A model generated the notes under the pieces. It worked only from the letters and a program-made list of their open reading frames with translations, was not told the origin of the DNA and did not search any database. A program made the translations under genes and the position numbers. This document shows, piece after piece, positions 62,391 through 64,000 of a stretch of 64,000 nucleotides of DNA; position 1 is the first letter of the stretch; each line of letters starts with the position of its first letter. Source of the stretch: Octopus bimaculoides. Lineage: Eukaryota. Location of the stretch: positions 19,478,286 to 19,542,285 of the forward strand of contig NC_068989.1 in the NCBI RefSeq assembly GCF_001194135.2. Direction: 5' to 3'.

Positions 62391-63754
62391 TTTCTTCAAA
62401 ATGTTTGACTTCTACAAAATCTTATTTATTCTAACCTATATATGCTTTAATCCATTGTCAGAAATCATTTATACTGTGTCCCTTCTCCACTGGCAGTAAT
62501 GAAGGAACTACCTCCACATATAGATCTATTTATTTAATATATATTTAATCCATTGCTTTGTTAAGCAACAACACCACTGAGTGCTTTTAGTAGCATTTGG
62601 ACTAGTTCTTTAGTTTGAGGATAAATAAACTCAGTATCTGAATGAATTGTTGCCTACTACAACAACCCACGGCCTGTTGTTTTTTCTCTTACTCCACAAC
62701 AGTCTTGGAAACCCCACAAAATATCATGGATGCTGCTCTTCTTCCTCTGACTAATCCATAGAAAATATTAAAAAACAGAAAGTTCAAGAATAAGATATCA
62801 TCATAATCATCATCAGCAGCATTTAACATCCATGTTTCATGCTGACATGGGTTGAATGGTTTCACAGGATTCGATGTGGCCAAGGACTGCATCATGCTCT
62901 GATGTCTGTTTTGGCACAGTTTCTATGGTTGGATGCCCTTGCTGATGTCAACCACTTTACAGCATGGATTGAGTACATTTTGCTAGTCACCTACATCACT
63001 GAGGTGTCCATGCAGCCCATAGAATTACAAACCTTGCTGGGAGGTCAGCTTCATGCTAGGGGACAAAAGGAGTTGGGAGGGAAGTAGCAAAGATAATACA
63101 TAGTTGAGTAGTCTGCAGGAGTGGGGGTGGTGGGTAGGTAGAAAAGCCAAGATTAATGCATAAGAGAAAGTGGTGGATGAGTCACTGTAACATGGGTGGA
63201 GAGCATAATACATAGCACCTCCAGAACTTAGTTTTGCTGATGAATGTGGGGCTTTTTGAGAATCTCACATCGTCAGAGATCCTGGTCCCTTGTCATCTCC
63301 TTTGTCAGGCTCAGGGTTCTGAGGTCAGCCTTACCCACTTCAATCCATGTTTTCTTGGTTCACCCCTCTTTCACAACTTCTGGTGACATTTAGCAATCAG
63401 CACTTCTTTATACAGTTCTCAATCCATTCATATCATGTGTTCATAACAGCAGAGTCTTCTTTCTTGCACAGTTTTTCCTGCTCAGTTTTTCCCTCAGTAC
63501 CTTTGTACTAACTCTTTTACTCACACTCACACTGCACATCCAACGAAGCATACTCACTTCATTTCTTTCCAGTCTTCTCAAGTCCTCTGCATTCAAGACC
63601 TATGTCTCACTACCATCCAGCATTGCAGTTCTAATGCAAGCATCAAACTATTAGGGAAAGGATCTTCATTATCAGCAGTGGTCATAGTTTGCTGAACTTC
63701 CTCCAACCAGTTCTCACACTAGACTTTCAGAGCAACCACCTTTGCTTATTACAT

Positions 63755-64000
63755 ATCATCATCATCATCATCATCATCATCATCGCTTAACGTCCGCTTT
63801 CCATGCTAGCATGGGTTGGACGATTTGACTGAGGACTGGTGAAACCGGATGGCAACACCAGGCTCCAATCTAATTTGGCAGAGTTTCTACAGCTGGATGC
63901 CCTTCCTAACACCAACCACTCAGAGAGTGTAGTGGGGGTTTTTACGTGTCACCCACACGAAAATGGCCACGCTTGAAATGGTGTCTTTTATGTGCCACCC
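63755..64000 (-). mobile_element. RTE terminal unit with (CAT)n tail (runs off the window)
   Basis: Near-identical to the 3074-3245 copy. Confidence 0.9.

Overview
AT-rich, microsatellite- and transposon-dense eukaryotic genomic DNA with several N gaps. The repeat families look like those of an Octopus genome (inferred from recalled repeat motifs, not from a search). Two host genes are supported. (1) A + strand C2H2 zinc-finger gene of about 953 aa: a 70-nt coding exon at 32970-33039 splices in phase onto a 2.8-kb exon at 35871-38662, with a likely polyA signal at 39548 and a probable promoter in the CpG-retaining zone near 13-15.6 kb. (2) The last two coding exons of a - strand NME6-type nucleoside diphosphate kinase (61169-61093 and 58267-58119). 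The rest is mostly RTE LINE fragments, at least three tRNA-derived SINE families, TTAA/piggyBac-type MITEs, a mariner relic, R4/Dong-like fragments in a (TAA)n tract, a young solo LTR and a probable Penelope GIY-YIG relic. The most unusual signal is three unrelated short inverted-repeat elements (3866-4220, 33475-33744, 53817-54028) whose arms carry outward-reading minimal type I hammerhead ribozyme motifs; one has an intact catalytic core and one also has a tRNA-like Pol III head. Other notable items are a pri-miRNA-like hairpin at 15314-15388, a tRNA-Thr-like sequence inside a palindrome at 4985-5226, and a PHD-type C4HC3 finger inside the RTE ORF2. All structures were derived by eye, with no folding or database computation.
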